Assembly (NCBI RefSeq): GCF_052425735.1
Contig: NC_135761.1
Coordinates: forward strand, 8,494,001 to 8,558,000
Source: Oculina patagonica
Lineage: Eukaryota
Length of the DNA: 64,000 nt
Reading direction: 5' to 3'
The position numbers were made by a program, and so were the translations under genes. Below are positions 24,416-37,499 of the stretch, one piece after another; the stretch's first letter is position 1, and each line of letters starts with the position of its first letter. The notes below the pieces were generated by a model. It was not told the origin of the DNA. It saw only the letters and a list, made by a program, of their open reading frames with translations, and searched no databases.

Positions 24416-24793
24416 ATGACGGGTCGCGGTAAAGGCAAAGCTCCCGGAACTAAGTCCAAGAGCCGGTCATCCAGAGCAGGTCTTCAGTTTCCTGTTGGTC
24501 GCATCCATCGTCTCCTTCGTAAAGGCAACTACGGCGAGCGCGTCGGGGCGGGTGCTCCAGTGTACTTGGCTGCCGTGCTAGAGTATCTGAGTGCTGAAAT
24601 TCTCGAGTTGGCCGGAAATGCTGCTCGCGACAACAAGAAATCCAGAATCATTCCGCGTCACCTACAGTTGGCCGTCCGAAACGACGAAGAGTTAAACAAA
24701 CTTCTTGCCGGTGTGACTATCGCGCAAGGCGGAGTTCTCCCCAACATACAAGCCGTGCTGTTACCCAAGAAGGCCGAGAAGAAACAACATTAA
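24416..24793 (+). CDS. H2A: Histone H2A
   Basis: [24 protein letters not shown]...[18 protein letters not shown]; intact ORF. Confidence 0.98.
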   Translation: MTGRGKGKAPGTKSKSRSSRAGLQFPVGRIHRLLRKGNYGERVGAGAPVYLAAVLEYLSAEILELAGNAARDNKKSRIIPRHLQLAVRNDEELNKLLAGVTIAQGGVLPNIQAVLLPKKAEKKQH

Positions 24794-24821
24794 GCTGCCA
24801 GCTTAATTACAAACCACAAAC

Positions 24822-24837
24822 GGCTCTTTTAGGAGCC
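24822..24837 (+). terminator. Histone 3' stem-loop (H2A)
   Basis: AAAC-GGCTCTTTTAGGAGCC-ACCA. Confidence 0.9.
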
Positions 24838-25228
24838 ACCAAATGTTGAAAAAAGTCATGATCAATTTTGAAGTGAAGCGACATTAGTTAACTAGTGTCC
24901 GTACTGTAACATCTCATCCCAGACGCGAGCGAACGATAAAACCGCCATCTTTTATGCATGTGTCAAAACCAAAAACAAGGCGATAAGGTTGGGAAAAAAG
25001 TTTGTCTACAGACCAAATACTAACGTACTAAAACGGAACACCTGATTAGAGATTTAAAAAAAGCAAATCGAGTTCTACAACCACGCACTCCTAAAAAACA
25101 AAACAAAAGGTAACATGTTTCACTTCACCAACCATTGATGGAAAGTTGTTTAGTGTGTATTTGACTAGCGGCGCCGGTTCCACAACAAACAACGAAAAAC
25201 AAGACCAGGATGTCGCGAGGGAAAATAA

Positions 25229-25410
25229 AAGGAACGCAACGGTTCTTCGCGCCAAGCCATCGAAAAGTACATCAAAGCAAACTACAAGGTCGGAGATACA
25301 GCAGCCCAGCACATCAAAACAGCTCTGAAGAAGGGTGCAGCCAGTGGTACATTGCTCCACACCAAGGGCGTGGGAGCATCGGGATCATTTAAGCTGCCAA
25401 AGGAACAGAA
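25229..25410 (+). pseudogene. H1: Internal histone H1 fragment (~180 bp)
   Basis: Apparently identical to 22332-22513. Confidence 0.92.
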
Positions 25411-25785
25411 TACTGTTTAATTACCGTAATTTGTTTTGTTAACAGCAGCACACGGGATCGGAGTTCCCAACTGAAATCATACAGAATTGCCATTTCTAAA
25501 CTACACAATTCATTGAAGTTAAATCAAACCTGTCAAATATATTTTTATACCCCTGAGTGTTCTCAAACTCGTAACAAACTCACCATGTTTAGTTTTCGAC
25601 TAAGAATTGTTATTAACGCACTCGAGACAATGCTTCATCCTACATGTATTTCAAATCACCTCGAAGCTCTTTAGTCAAAAATACCCCGCTGCATGTCATA
25701 CAGTTTTATTTCTCTCTTTTTAAAAAGGTGATGATCATGCTCCGTCTCTAGTATCTCGTATTTAATATTTTAAAGACTCTCTGTT

Positions 25786-26688
25786 TCAGTTCTTACTAAG
25801 AGTATTCTTAACAGCTTGTCGTATCTCTCCAATTCTCCAGCAATACACAAACGGATTTATGAATGAGTTAATATAAACAAGAGTTGCTGCGTAGTCATAG
25901 GCTATATTCACCGTTAATGTGTATCCAGTGAATGTCTCCACAGACATCGTCACACAAAATGGGAGATAAAATATCACGAACAATCCATAAACATAAAGCA
26001 CAGTCACGGCAGATTTTCTACACTTGAGCACGTTCACCGTGTTGTTTTGAACACTTTGCTGCTGCTGACTTATCTGGCGCGGATGTCTGCGAACGATCTG
26101 AAATATTTTCCAGGTGCTCAAGGTTGTAACAAGGAAGTTTATAACGGCTATTACCACAGGAAAAAGAACCCAATGCTGGCGAATCCAGAATCTTAACATG
26201 ACGATTGTCACAGATAGGACCCAGAAGACAACCACAGTTTGCAATATACGTTGAACGGTAACAATGGTGCTGTATCGAAGATTCAAGGTTAAAGCGAGAA
26301 GACGATCGATGGAAACTGCGCTTAAAATTGTCAAAGACACGCCAGATGTTGTAAAGCCAGATATGTTCAGAATAATTCGCAAGACACAGTACGCTCTTGA
26401 GTTGTCCTTAAGTTCGGCAATCTTATACGCCACATAAAATGGCTGACAAATCAGTCCAACGATGAGATCCGAAGCAGCGAGGCAAAACAAAAGGACGAAA
26501 GATGGCGAGTGAAGTTCTTGTTTTTTCCAGATGACACGCAGGATAATAAAATTCCCAGTAGATGTTAACAGAGAAAACACTGCATTTAGAACACATGTCA
26601 CAATGCTTGCTATAAAAGTATCTACAGTTTTTTCGAAGTTTACGTCCAGAAAGGAGCAGTTAAAATTGTTTTGCCGGGTTTCGTTCAT
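25786..26688 (-). CDS. Intronless class A orphan GPCR (more divergent paralog)
   Basis: 300 aa, 7TM, SIDRLLA, NPFVY. Confidence 0.95.
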   Translation of the reverse strand: MNETRQNNFNCSFLDVNFEKTVDTFIASIVTCVLNAVFSLLTSTGNFIILRVIWKKQELHSPSFVLLFCLAASDLIVGLICQPFYVAYKIAELKDNSRAYCVLRIILNISGFTTSGVSLTILSAVSIDRLLALTLNLRYSTIVTVQRILQTVVVFWVLSVTIVMLRFWIRQHWVLFPVVIAVINFLVTTLSTWKIFQIVRRHPRQISQQQQSVQNNTVNVLKCRKSAVTVLYVYGLFVIFYLPFCVTMSVETFTGYTLTVNIAYDYAATLVYINSFINPFVYCWRIGEIRQAVKNTLSKN

Positions 26689-28315
26689 TTTGAGATAAAA
26701 TAATCGCGACCAGTTATAACGGAATATAAAACCTACTTTACTGTTAATTTTGGGTGCTTCAGCTTATATATAATTTATGACTGCCATTTTCAATAGTTTT
26801 GTGATTGATGGACGAGAATGAACTGCCTTTGTTTTCTTGATATAATTTTTAGATTTCGTATCGGAGAGCTCAATAAAGTCAATTGGATGGAGTAGAAAAG
26901 GTTCTCGATCTTAACCAATCTCATCACACTGGAATCTCTATATTCAAGCTTTTAATTAAGTTTTTCAATTGAAAATAACTCATAACTGAAAACAAGAAAT
27001 ATAAAAGTGCTTTATTTTTAATTTACTGCTGTCCTGATAACATTTAAGGAGGCTGATCCTGTTTTGTACGTATTTCTTACTACGCTAAGAAAAAGCTAGT
27101 ATTATTTCCTGGTGATTATTTATCCATTTGACAGTCTAGTTAAAGATCTGCAGCCAAGTCAGTATATGAGAAAATTTCTAAAATGAGTACATTTTATTTT
27201 TATAATATGCCAAAAAAGTAATTACAAATTAAAATAAAAAACAACTGAACAAGCAAGTTTTGTCAATACGTATACCAGGGCGCACTCAAGGGAGCCACAT
27301 CCCGAAGCCCAATGAGACGACGGAAAAGTAGGTTGAAAAAGATAATAAAAGGTTAAACGAAACACCTTTCTTGAACCGGTTAATAGGAAAAAGCTTACAA
27401 GCTAAGAACTATCGCAAGTTTGGATGTGAAATCCCTAGTGTGATCTCATTCGACGACGCCCTTTTTATAGCAATTTAATTTGTAATAAAGAAAAAGCTGA
27501 AAAAACCAAACATTTATTTAAGAGTGGTTAATTTAATTTGATTTTTATTTATTTGTTAGAGAAATGGAAAGTACGTGCGAATTTAAATCATCTTTGTTCA
27601 AAACAATTGGGCAATTAACAAATATTGTCAGCACTTGTCAGGTTTCTGGACGTGTGCGATAAATTGTACATAAATTTAAAAAAAGTTTTGGATTATGAGT
27701 GCACCTTTTTCTAAGAATTGAAGAAAATGAGATCATCTTAGGCTTAGTTCGAATAAAGATCAAGAACGTTCGCCCCGGCCAAAATAGTGCAGCTAATTTA
27801 AGCGATTTTATATACGGTAAGATTTGTTAACAATTTATTTTCAATACCGAGGTCAGTTCAATGTATACAAAGAGTTTGCAAATTTAATTAAAAACCTCTT
27901 AGTGCGTCCAAATAATACGCTGAAGAAAATTAGATAGGCTGAAACGAATTGTCGTGTAAATTTCTCGGATGCCACTGAAAGGCCAAATCTCGTTCAAATT
28001 TAACAGGACACTCTTTAAATTTAACAGGAACAATAAAAAAAAAGTTAACACCTTTTCCTAGGATAGAAAACGTAGTAAGCAAACCAGAGACATCCTTTGA
28101 TGGGGTTTTCGTGAATGGCAAACTGAAACCGAGCAAGAAAATAGTTAAAATAATTATCTAATTTAAATTCACCAAATTTAATTTACGCTACGTAAACTTT
28201 TCCAATAAAACAACTTGAAAAGAAAACATGCCGCCTATACAGAGGAAATCGGTTACTAGGATGAAAGAGAGTGTGTCAAAAGACAGTTTTAATAAATTGG
28301 GAAACATTCAATTAA

Positions 28316-31300
28316 GAATGCCGGTCTCTAAGAATCAGACAATTTCTCGATTTCGCGGCAAGAGGATGGAACTTCGATTTCTTTCATACTTTTATGTTAG
28401 ATAGGCTAGGGTATAACTTAAAACACTGTATAGTTCTTTCGATTGAATATCCTTTTATTTTAAAGAAAAATGCAAATAACAAAAATCCGTTAAAATCGTC
28501 ATTTGAGGCGCTAAATTATTCATGATTTTTGCACGAATTTGAGAGCCTCGCGTGCAAAAACAAATCACTCTACCGTCTTTTTAACACTCAAACCATAGTT
28601 AGCAATCTCTAAACATCTACTGAAATGATTTTGGGAAATATTGCGTTGTTCTTTGTAGACAAAATAATTTTATTTCGAAGGCATACAATTCACTGCCGTA
28701 AAAGTACTTGGTAAATAAAATTAATTTTCACCATGTGGGAAACCTTCAAATCGTTTAAGCTTCTGGTGGTTGAATGGGAGAAGAATGGTGTATAAATCCC
28801 TGTAAAAATTTCTCCGGGCAAATGATTAAAAGCGACGTGAGATCTTTTCGAATTCGGTTAAATATGCAAATATTTGACCTTCCGCGGTCAACTTTGAAGT
28901 TACGGGTCAGAAATAATTTTTGTTCCGTGTTCCAAGTCCTAACCCATTTAAGACCAAATTAAGCATATGAAAAAAATATGTAATTTTCTAACCTTAATCT
29001 GCTGTAAAAGGTAGGTTCGAAGGCCATTTTAGCATGATTACGGCTCTTATGTCTCTTATCATTCGTCGCATCTGAGCTTCGTTTTCATTCCGCGGTCAAC
29101 TTTGAAGTTACGGGTCAGACATGAATGACATGAATGACATGAATATTTCAATCCGTGCACAAGTCTTAACCCATTTTGGGTCAAAATAATCACACACAAA
29201 AACATTATGAAATATTCTAACCTTAATCTGCTGTAAAAAGCAGGTCTGAAAGCCTGTTAAGCACGATTCCGGCTCTAAGCATCCGTAGTAATTTGAGCTT
29301 CGTTTTAAGTCTGCACCGAGCCAACTGTCAACGTGCAACATACTCAGTGGTCTAAAACCAAAGAATCTCTCATCAACTTTCGGCGCATATCGTCACTAGT
29401 GCATCTTCTTCGACGGCTTTGTCATTTGTTAAGTATTGTTTGGTTTATAGTCCACAAATATAATACATCTGATCGCTGCTAAAATGATACAATAATGTTG
29501 ACGCTTATCTTTGCAGTGCACGAAGTCACGTATCTGTTTGTTCGTCACGCAAGTCATGGGGATTTAGCAGGTGGCGGGGGGAGGGAGGGTGGATTAGAGC
29601 GTCATTTGTCGTGAACTAGAATTACCGAATTCCTAGGTCAAATGAACGATACTCTTTGCTACAGTTATAATAAAATACGTAAAAAAGAAATTCGGTATAA
29701 CAAAACTTCGATTCGTAACAGTGAACACATTTTTGCGTGTCTCTTAATTAACATTCGATATACAACCTTAACCCTTATATCAAGGTTCAACTGTTCATAA
29801 TCTAGCCTTGGAATACACATACAGGACTGATTTAAGAAAAAGAAAACGTGTATTAGAATAGTTTTGGTTTTCTTTGCTTGCGTTATCTATTCTTTACCCT
29901 GAACCGCGAATTTATCACTGGTTACATGCTAACGCTTTTAATATTCTAAGTTACAAGAGCTTTTCGGGGCCTTACCAAAATCGTAGAACAAACACCACAG
30001 TTAAAAAGCTTGTCCAAGGTTATAACAGCATGCCAATAATTGGTTAATCGACTAGGCACGGCTGACCATGGGTTATGTGCTAATTGCTGCTGGTAGGAGT
30101 TCAGTTCTCTACGGGTAGGTGCTGCGCCCAACAGAATACGGTGCTCTTTGTGGCTAAAGGGATGAGCAAAATCAACTCACCTTAACTGGTAAATACAGTC
30201 GGAAATGTTAAAAAATGCGCTGTATTTAAAGTGATGGGCAACACTTAGGTACTGGTAATTTTTACTTTTTTGGTTGGAGAGGGGGAGTGAGGTGGGGGAA
30301 GCGCGTCGGAGGAGATTACAGTCGAAGCTCTCATAAGCGGACACCCTCGGGACGCGAAAAAAGTGTCCGCAACTGGAGCTGGCCGCTTACGAGAATGGTT
30401 CTTGTGAGCGGCCACTAGAGGTGTAGGGGATAGATGGCCGCTTACGGGAGCTTGCCCAGCTAACATAATGGTAATATGCATGTTGGTGGTGTTTCGAAAT
30501 GTAACCGGACGTGGATGACGACCGAAAAACACTAAAATTTCGTACGGTAATTACAGAAAAATCATTGTGACGAACGGCGATGTGAAGTTGATTGATTAAT
30601 ACAAGATACATAGGTTTTTTATATGATTTTCTTTGCGGTGTCCGCTTACGGGAGCTTAAAAACAAAGAAAAAGTCTAAGTCGTAATCTCGGAAAGTGTCC
30701 GCGGCCGCTTACGGGAATGTCCGCTTACGAGAATGTAAAAATACAGAGTTTGTATGGGAGTAAAAACGGGGTTTCCAACAAGGTGGCCGTAAGTAGAGCT
30801 GTCCGCTTACGAGAGTGTCCGTTAACTTAAGAGAGCTTCGACTGAAGTATAAAAGGAGCCCGTATTCTGATATCTCTGAGTAACAGTTATACCTTTATTC
30901 AAATATAATACATTAACTAATCATTATGGTGCAAACTGGAAACAGTGGTCTCGGTTCAAATTTTATACGCACTTCCATCCTCCACTTATCTTATTTTGAA
31001 AACAAATAAGTAGCGCACCCACCCAGCAATCCCTCACGAAACATTTGGAGGGGTACTTTCATAAATTTCGAATAGGGTTTAAGGGTAAAGAAAGCGAACA
31101 TTGATACCCCTTTTTAAGGCCCAAAACCGAAAAATAACAATCTATTCAAGGGGAGGAAAAGCGTTCCTTGCCGACACAAATAACAGCTAACCGCACACGG
31201 CAAAACACAAATCTTTATAAAATCGCTTTACTAGTACTTGAACAAAAAGTTCAGTTTTAAGATACCTTTTTTCGTTTAGCTTGGCGTTTATTTTAGCTGA

Positions 31301-33833
31301 TAGAATTTAGGTACCCTATCTAAGGATCACACCCGGAACACATTGCCAAAATGATACCCTACTTATGGACCGAGAACCTCAAAAAATATTCCCTATCCCG
31401 GAGTTTTCATAATCTGCGATCAGGCGTTATTTTTCTTGCGGCGGAGAAAGCCGCTGATCGCAGGTTAGAGTTTTCAGAGCAACTCTCACCCGGACGATCA
31501 CACTTCACGACCTGATACTGGGTTCAAACCATTTACTTCTTTCCTATATTAAGACTGTTTTCAAGAGCTACCTTATAACACCAAACAAATAGCTTGCTTC
31601 TGAACTTTGGTTTTTCACGGGAAAGAGTCATGTTAGACGGTTAACTAAATTAATACTGGGACTTGTGACTGCTGATATCCTTCTCACACGACAGTAGAGG
31701 AACGATTTCAGTGTGACGCTTTCGATCTTTAGAATCAAAACCGCAAACTCCACGAACAAGGGCCTTAAAAGAACAACAACCTTCCATTTCCAGTGAAATA
31801 AACTGAACTTTGAAAAATTGTTCACGCGCTGCCTTTAAGCAAACAGACGGTGCCAATAACTAGCACGGCAAGGTTTTGTTTACTTAGGAAGCCACTAAAT
31901 TAAATTTGGCGATTTTTTCACACGCCGAATTGCCATAGCAATTTGCTTATCCTTTTTAGCATAGAGTTTTAGCACTGAGTTGTTTTAACATGTTTTAATT
32001 TCGTTTAAACTTCAAATTAGTTATTGTTGAATTTAGACATCATGAATTCGACAGTATGTTCAAAACGGCACCCCAAGAAAGTACTTTGTTACAGGTTGGC
32101 GAATGACCACCCGAAGCCACAGGTCACCCAGATTTACCATAGGGCGAAAACAAAATGCGATGTAATGTTTTTATTAAGTTGCCACTCGATCACGAAGAAA
32201 AAAAATCAAAACTTATCGTTACTTCTATCATTAACCATTTATACAGGACATGCGATATTTGGTTAGGTTTTTTTGTGAAAAAAAAAAAAATAAAACTTTG
32301 CTAACCAACTAATCAAGAACCCCATCAATTTCGTTCAACTGTAGATTATTATCCCAACCATGACGTATCAATCAAGAGTTTTTTTCTTCGTTTTCGGTTC
32401 TACAGTAAAAAAGGGAATAACTAATTAAAAATTATACCTGTTTAGTAAAGATTTATATCCTCCTTCCATCCCCGGTATTACAACCAACCCCGCGCGAGCA
32501 ACCGAATTCGCTAACAGTTGCATTACACTGTACCAAACGCTTATCAACTGACAGTACGTGTGCATTGTCTTGTCTGCCTAAAGATATCTCTGTACTTGTT
32601 GTTGTTGTTGTTGTTGCACACCCACCTACCACCCCCTAAAAAATGTCCATGACACAGTATTGCGTGACGAACAGACGGCCCATTGCAAGATGGGACTGTA
32701 AGCTACTATAAGCGCCGACATGATGCCGTTTAGTGATCAGATGTTATTTTTTTGTGTACTATTAACGAGGCAATACTAACAATCGGCGTATGCCGTCGAA
32801 GAAGATGCAGTGGTGACGAGAAGCGCCGAAGTTTATCACAGATTGGATTTCGACCACTAAATACTTACACAAACGAAGCTCAAATTACTACGGATGCTTA
32901 GAGCCGGAATCGTGCTTAAAAGGCTTTCGGACCTGCTTTTTACAGCAGATTAAGGTTAGAATATTTCATAATGTTTTTGTGTGTGATTATTTTGACCCAA
33001 AATGGGTTAAGACTTGTGCACGGATTGAAATATTTATGTCATTCATGTCTGACCCGTAACTTCAAAGTTGACCGCGGAATGAAAACGAAGCTCAGATGCG
33101 ACGAATGATAAGAGCCGTAATCATGCTAAAATGGCCTTCCAACCTACCTTTTACAGCAGATTAAGGTTAGAAAATTACATATTTTTTTCATATGCTTAAA
33201 TTGGTCTTAAATGGGTTAGGACTTGTAACACGGAACAAAAATTATTTCTGACCCGTAACTTCAAAGTTGACCGCGGTGGGTCAAATATTTGCATATTTAA
33301 CCGAATTCGAAAAGATCTCACGTCGCTTTTAATCATTTGCCCGGAGAAATTTTTACAGGGATTTATACACCATTCTTCTACCATTCAACCACCAGAAGCT
33401 TAAACGATTTGAAGGTTTCCCACATGGTGAAAATTAATTTTATTTATCAAGTACTTTTACGGCAGTGAATTGTATGCCTTCGAAATAAAATTATTTTGTC
33501 TACAAAGAACAACGCAATATTTCCCAAAATCATTTCAGTAGATGTTTAGAGATTGCTTACTATGGTTTGAGTGTTAAAAAGACGGTAGAGTGATTTGTTT
33601 TTGCACGCGAGGCTCTCAAACTCGTGCAAAAATCATGAATAATTTAGCGCCTCAAATGACGATTTTAACGGATTTTTGTTATTTGCATTTTTCTTTAAAA
33701 TAAAAGGATATTCAATCGAAAGAACTATACAGTGTTTTAAGTTATACCCTAGCCTATCTAACATAAAAGTATGAAAGAAATCGAAGTTCCATCCTCTTGC
33801 CAAGAAATGTTGGATTCTTAGCGACCGGCATTC
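28316..33833. mobile_element. Non-autonomous DNA transposon with ~1-kb TIRs and TTAA TSD (Sola3- or Kolobok-like)
   Basis: TTAA-GAATGCCGGTC...GACCGGCATTC-TTAA; arms 28316-~29310 and ~32870-33833 near identical; flanks rejoin into sequence paralogous to ~52690-52720; no transposase ORF. Confidence 0.88.
30319..30844. mobile_element. Tc1/mariner-type MITE
   Basis: TIR CAGTCGAAGCTCTC, left TA, internal CCGCTTACG repeats. Confidence 0.8.
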
Positions 33834-34218
33834 TTAAAGCCTAGCACAGTTTAAAAATATTTGCCCTGACTGCTAAGGAAGTAAACTGCCATAACAGACG
33901 GCCGAAACTCAGGCCAATTCATCGTCGTTTGTGACGTGAATTTTGCCATTAACTCAGTAACAACGATAGCCACATGACCAAACTGATTAATACTAAGAAA
34001 TTCTGATCACGGAAAAAGAAATTACAAAGGGAAAAGACCAATCAATTAAACTTCCAGCCAAAATCAAGTGTATGTGTGAGACAACCGGCTACGAATAATG
34101 AATACTAGCGTTATCAAATTATATCTCAACAATTAACAATTAACAAATTATATCGCTTCGCAATTCGACCTCTTCCCTCGAGCACACGAAATTAATTAAA
34201 TTGCCGACATTTAAGTAA

Positions 34219-35181
34219 TCATAACCTTGACACTGATCCAAATGTTCGCTCCAAAACAATGACCTCGTTGTTGGTTTTCCTCAGTGCATTTTTCACAGCT
34301 CGTCGTATCTCCCCAATTCTCCAGCAGTACACAAGAGGATTAAAAAAGGAGTTAATAAAAACAACAGTCGTAACATAGTCTTTGGCAATTTTCACTGTTA
34401 TTGTGTACCCAGTAAACGTCTCCACGAAGATTGTCAGAAAAAGAGGAAGATAAAAAATTAATAACAAACCATAAACATAAAGTACAGTTACAGAAGATTT
34501 TCTACATTTGAGGGCGTTTACGATGGTTCCATGAACACTCTGTTGTTGCTGGGATATCTGGCGCTGATGTCTGCGAACGATCTGAAATATCTTCAAGATG
34601 CTTATGGCGGTAACAAGAAACGTTACCAGCAATATGACAACAGGAACATAAATCCACTTATCGGTACTCATCCAAAACCTCGAAATAACAACAGTAGTCG
34701 ATACCATCCAGACTGCAATAGCAGTAGCTATTATCCGGGGAACAGTAACAATCATGCTGTATCGCAGATGAAGGGTTAAAGCGAGAAGACGATCAATGGA
34801 GATTCCGCTTAATGTTGCCAAGGACACGCCAATAGTAGTATAGCTTGATATGCTCTGAATAATTCTCAAGGCACAGTAAGCGTTAAAGTCATCCATGAAT
34901 TCTGCAATGTGATAACCCACGAAAAATGGCTGACAAATCACTCCAACGACGAGATCCGAAACTGCGAGGCAAAACAAAAGGACGAACGATGGCGAATGAA
35001 GTTCTTGTTTTTTCCATATGACATGTAAAATAATAACATTACCGGTAGATGTTAACAGAGAAAACGCTGCGTTAAGAATACATGTCAGAACATTTGTCAT
35101 GAAGGTACCACTCGTTTGTTCCAAGTTAACGTTTAAAAAGAAGCAGTTAGGATGAATAACGCCGCTTAAGCCTCTATTCAT
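34219..35181 (-). CDS. Intronless class A orphan GPCR (start at MNRGLSG, 320 aa)
   Basis: ATG at 35181 aligns with paralog starts (MNRT/MNRS); 7TM, SIDRLLA, NPLVY. Confidence 0.93.
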   Translation of the reverse strand: MNRGLSGVIHPNCFFLNVNLEQTSGTFMTNVLTCILNAAFSLLTSTGNVIILHVIWKKQELHSPSFVLLFCLAVSDLVVGVICQPFFVGYHIAEFMDDFNAYCALRIIQSISSYTTIGVSLATLSGISIDRLLALTLHLRYSMIVTVPRIIATAIAVWMVSTTVVISRFWMSTDKWIYVPVVILLVTFLVTAISILKIFQIVRRHQRQISQQQQSVHGTIVNALKCRKSSVTVLYVYGLLLIFYLPLFLTIFVETFTGYTITVKIAKDYVTTVVFINSFFNPLVYCWRIGEIRRAVKNALRKTNNEVIVLERTFGSVSRL

Positions 35182-36615
35182 GTCGAAGATGAACTGGTCG
35201 CTGCGTGACAGAGACCTTTCTAGATCTTGGCCAGCTAACCTATCTGTTATTTGTGTGTAGCTGATGTAAATTATATTTAATTTATACATGCCATATATTC
35301 GGTGACTGTAACTGAGACGTAGCTGTCTTACTTCACCTGTTACTTGTGTACTTAACTTCGTAAAAAGAAACAATTTTGATGTCAAACTGTCATCCGCTAA
35401 CTTTACGTTGAGCCCACTCAAATCATGAACGGAGATAGCTTTACGTTTACGTTATGTTTACTTTAAAAAAATGTCAGTTCACGGCCATTATTCAAGGTAA
35501 CGACCGAGACATTTATTTTGACCGTTTCCCCTCGTTTTTGCAAAGACAGAAATCTTGAAATGGTAACGATTTTTTGTGCAAACATGAGGCCTTATGGCTT
35601 AATAGATCGACGAGCTTACTAATTTTATTTCCTGTTGTTGTTCTTCAGCAAAAGTTGCGTTATAGGGTGGGGTGATATGCGATGTACGATATACGATATA
35701 GGATCAGCTCGGCCGTTTTAGTAAGGTCAAACGCTGCTTTGATCCCATCGCTTTGAAAGTAAAGATGCCAGAGATGACTGTTTTCTTTCTAATACTAGAA
35801 CTGATAAAATATAATTGGTCTCTTTCCTTTATATTTTGTAATAGTCCTTCCTAACTGCCCGACTCAATTTTAGTTTGTGGTCTAAGCGGCGAGGATTTTT
35901 TGTTGAGTTAAACACTTATACAAAATGCGTATTACGCGGTTAAAATCCCTCTGCCCCATCCTCCCTGCCTCATCTAGTGGCTGACGACAGATAATCCCTA
36001 ATGATTAAGCCAATCAAAATGCGTGACGTAGAAAAAGCCCTACCTAAAAAAACTATTAATTAAAATCCCCTCTCTCATACCCCCTTCAACATCCGGGCAC
36101 TTTCAAGCGACCGATGAAAGATGACCTGTAGTAATCCAATCAGAATTCGTGACCTTCAAAGCCCTTCCTACAAAAACAAGAAGCTACGGAGTAGCTTGAA
36201 ACCGGGTGGTTAATGTTTAACCACTCTTTTGGATAACAAGAAAGCCTGAGGCTTCTAGACCAACCCAGTAGCGTTTATATTTCCTTTGGTTGCTGTTCAA
36301 CAAGAAGTGCGTTATGTTGAAGCGTGACATGCGGAGTGATGTAGCAGCTATCGTAAGACTCTTTCTGATTGGCTAAGAGCTTTCCTGGTTAAATTTCTTA
36401 TTAATAAGAAGTTTGCTTATCATTTTTTTAAAAGTATAAAAACAGTTAATAAATGATAGGGAGTTATTTAGTGATACAGGTAGAAAGAGAGAGAGTCATA
36501 GAGGGTTAGAGAAAAAGGGTTATGCTATTACAGTAGAGGGAGAGTTATAGAGAGTTATTGAGAGAGCGGTATGGAGGAAAATAGAGAGTTATTCAGACAG
36601 ATAGACAATATTAGG

Positions 36616-37312
36616 GAGTATCCAGGTTATCCTGAGTATCGAGAGCATCCTAAGTATCCAGGGTATCCAGAGTATCCAGAGTATCCAGGGTATCCAGAGT
36701 ATCCAGAGTATCCAGGGTATCCAGCGTATCCAGAGTATCCAGGATATCCAGGGTATCCAGCGTATCCAGAGTATCCAGGGTATCTAGGGTATCCAGAGTA
36801 TCCAGGGTATCCAGGGTATCCAGAGTATCCAGGGTATCCAAGGTATCCTGGCTGGGTATCCAGGGTATCCTGAGTTTCCAGGGTATCCAGAGTATCCAGG
36901 GTATCCAGAGTACCCAGGGTATCCAGAGTATCCAGGGTAACCAGAGTATCCAGGGTATCCAGAGTATCCAGGGTATCCAGAGTATCCAGGGTAACCAGAG
37001 TATCCAGAGTATCCAGGGTATCCAGGGTATCCAGAGTATCCAGGGTATCCAGAGTATCCAGGGTATCCAGGGTATCCAGAGTATCCAGGGTATCCAGGGT
37101 ATCCAGAGTATCCAGGGTATCCAGGGTATCCAGGGTATCCAAGGTATCCTGGCTGGGTATCCAGGGTATCCTGAGTTTCCAGGGTATCATCCAGAGTATC
37201 CAGGGTATCCAGGGTATCCAGAGTATCCAGAGTATCCAGGGTATCCAGGGTATCCAGGGTATCCAGAGTATCCAGGGTATCCAGAGTATCCAGGGTATCC
37301 AGGGTATCCAGG
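36616..37312 (+). repeat. 9-bp minisatellite G(G/A)GTATCCA
   Basis: Direct tandem array. Confidence 0.97.
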
Positions 37313-37499
37313 GTTTGTTAGCTCTTGAAATATAAGGCTTTAATCCATGCAGTTTTAAGACGCCAAGGGGTAAAACTAGAGAACGACGTACATTGTCCTA
37401 CTGAAATGAGTGTCCTTGTAATAAAGGTCTGTAAGATTCTTGTTAATCAGAAGGTCCAGGAAATGTTTCTTAGTACCAGGACACGAGTCTACATTGAAG

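Noticed and set aside
35182-35421. 80-aa N-terminal extension of the 400-aa GPCR ORF
   Set aside because: Begins at a non-ATG codon; the paralogous upstream region (56133-56370) has indels; paralogs start at the MNR methionine.
36571-37190. ORFs encoding (YPGYPE)n / (TLD)n, or a CRISPR-like array
   Set aside because: Artifacts of a stop-free 9-bp minisatellite inside a transposon; no unique spacers and no cas genes.
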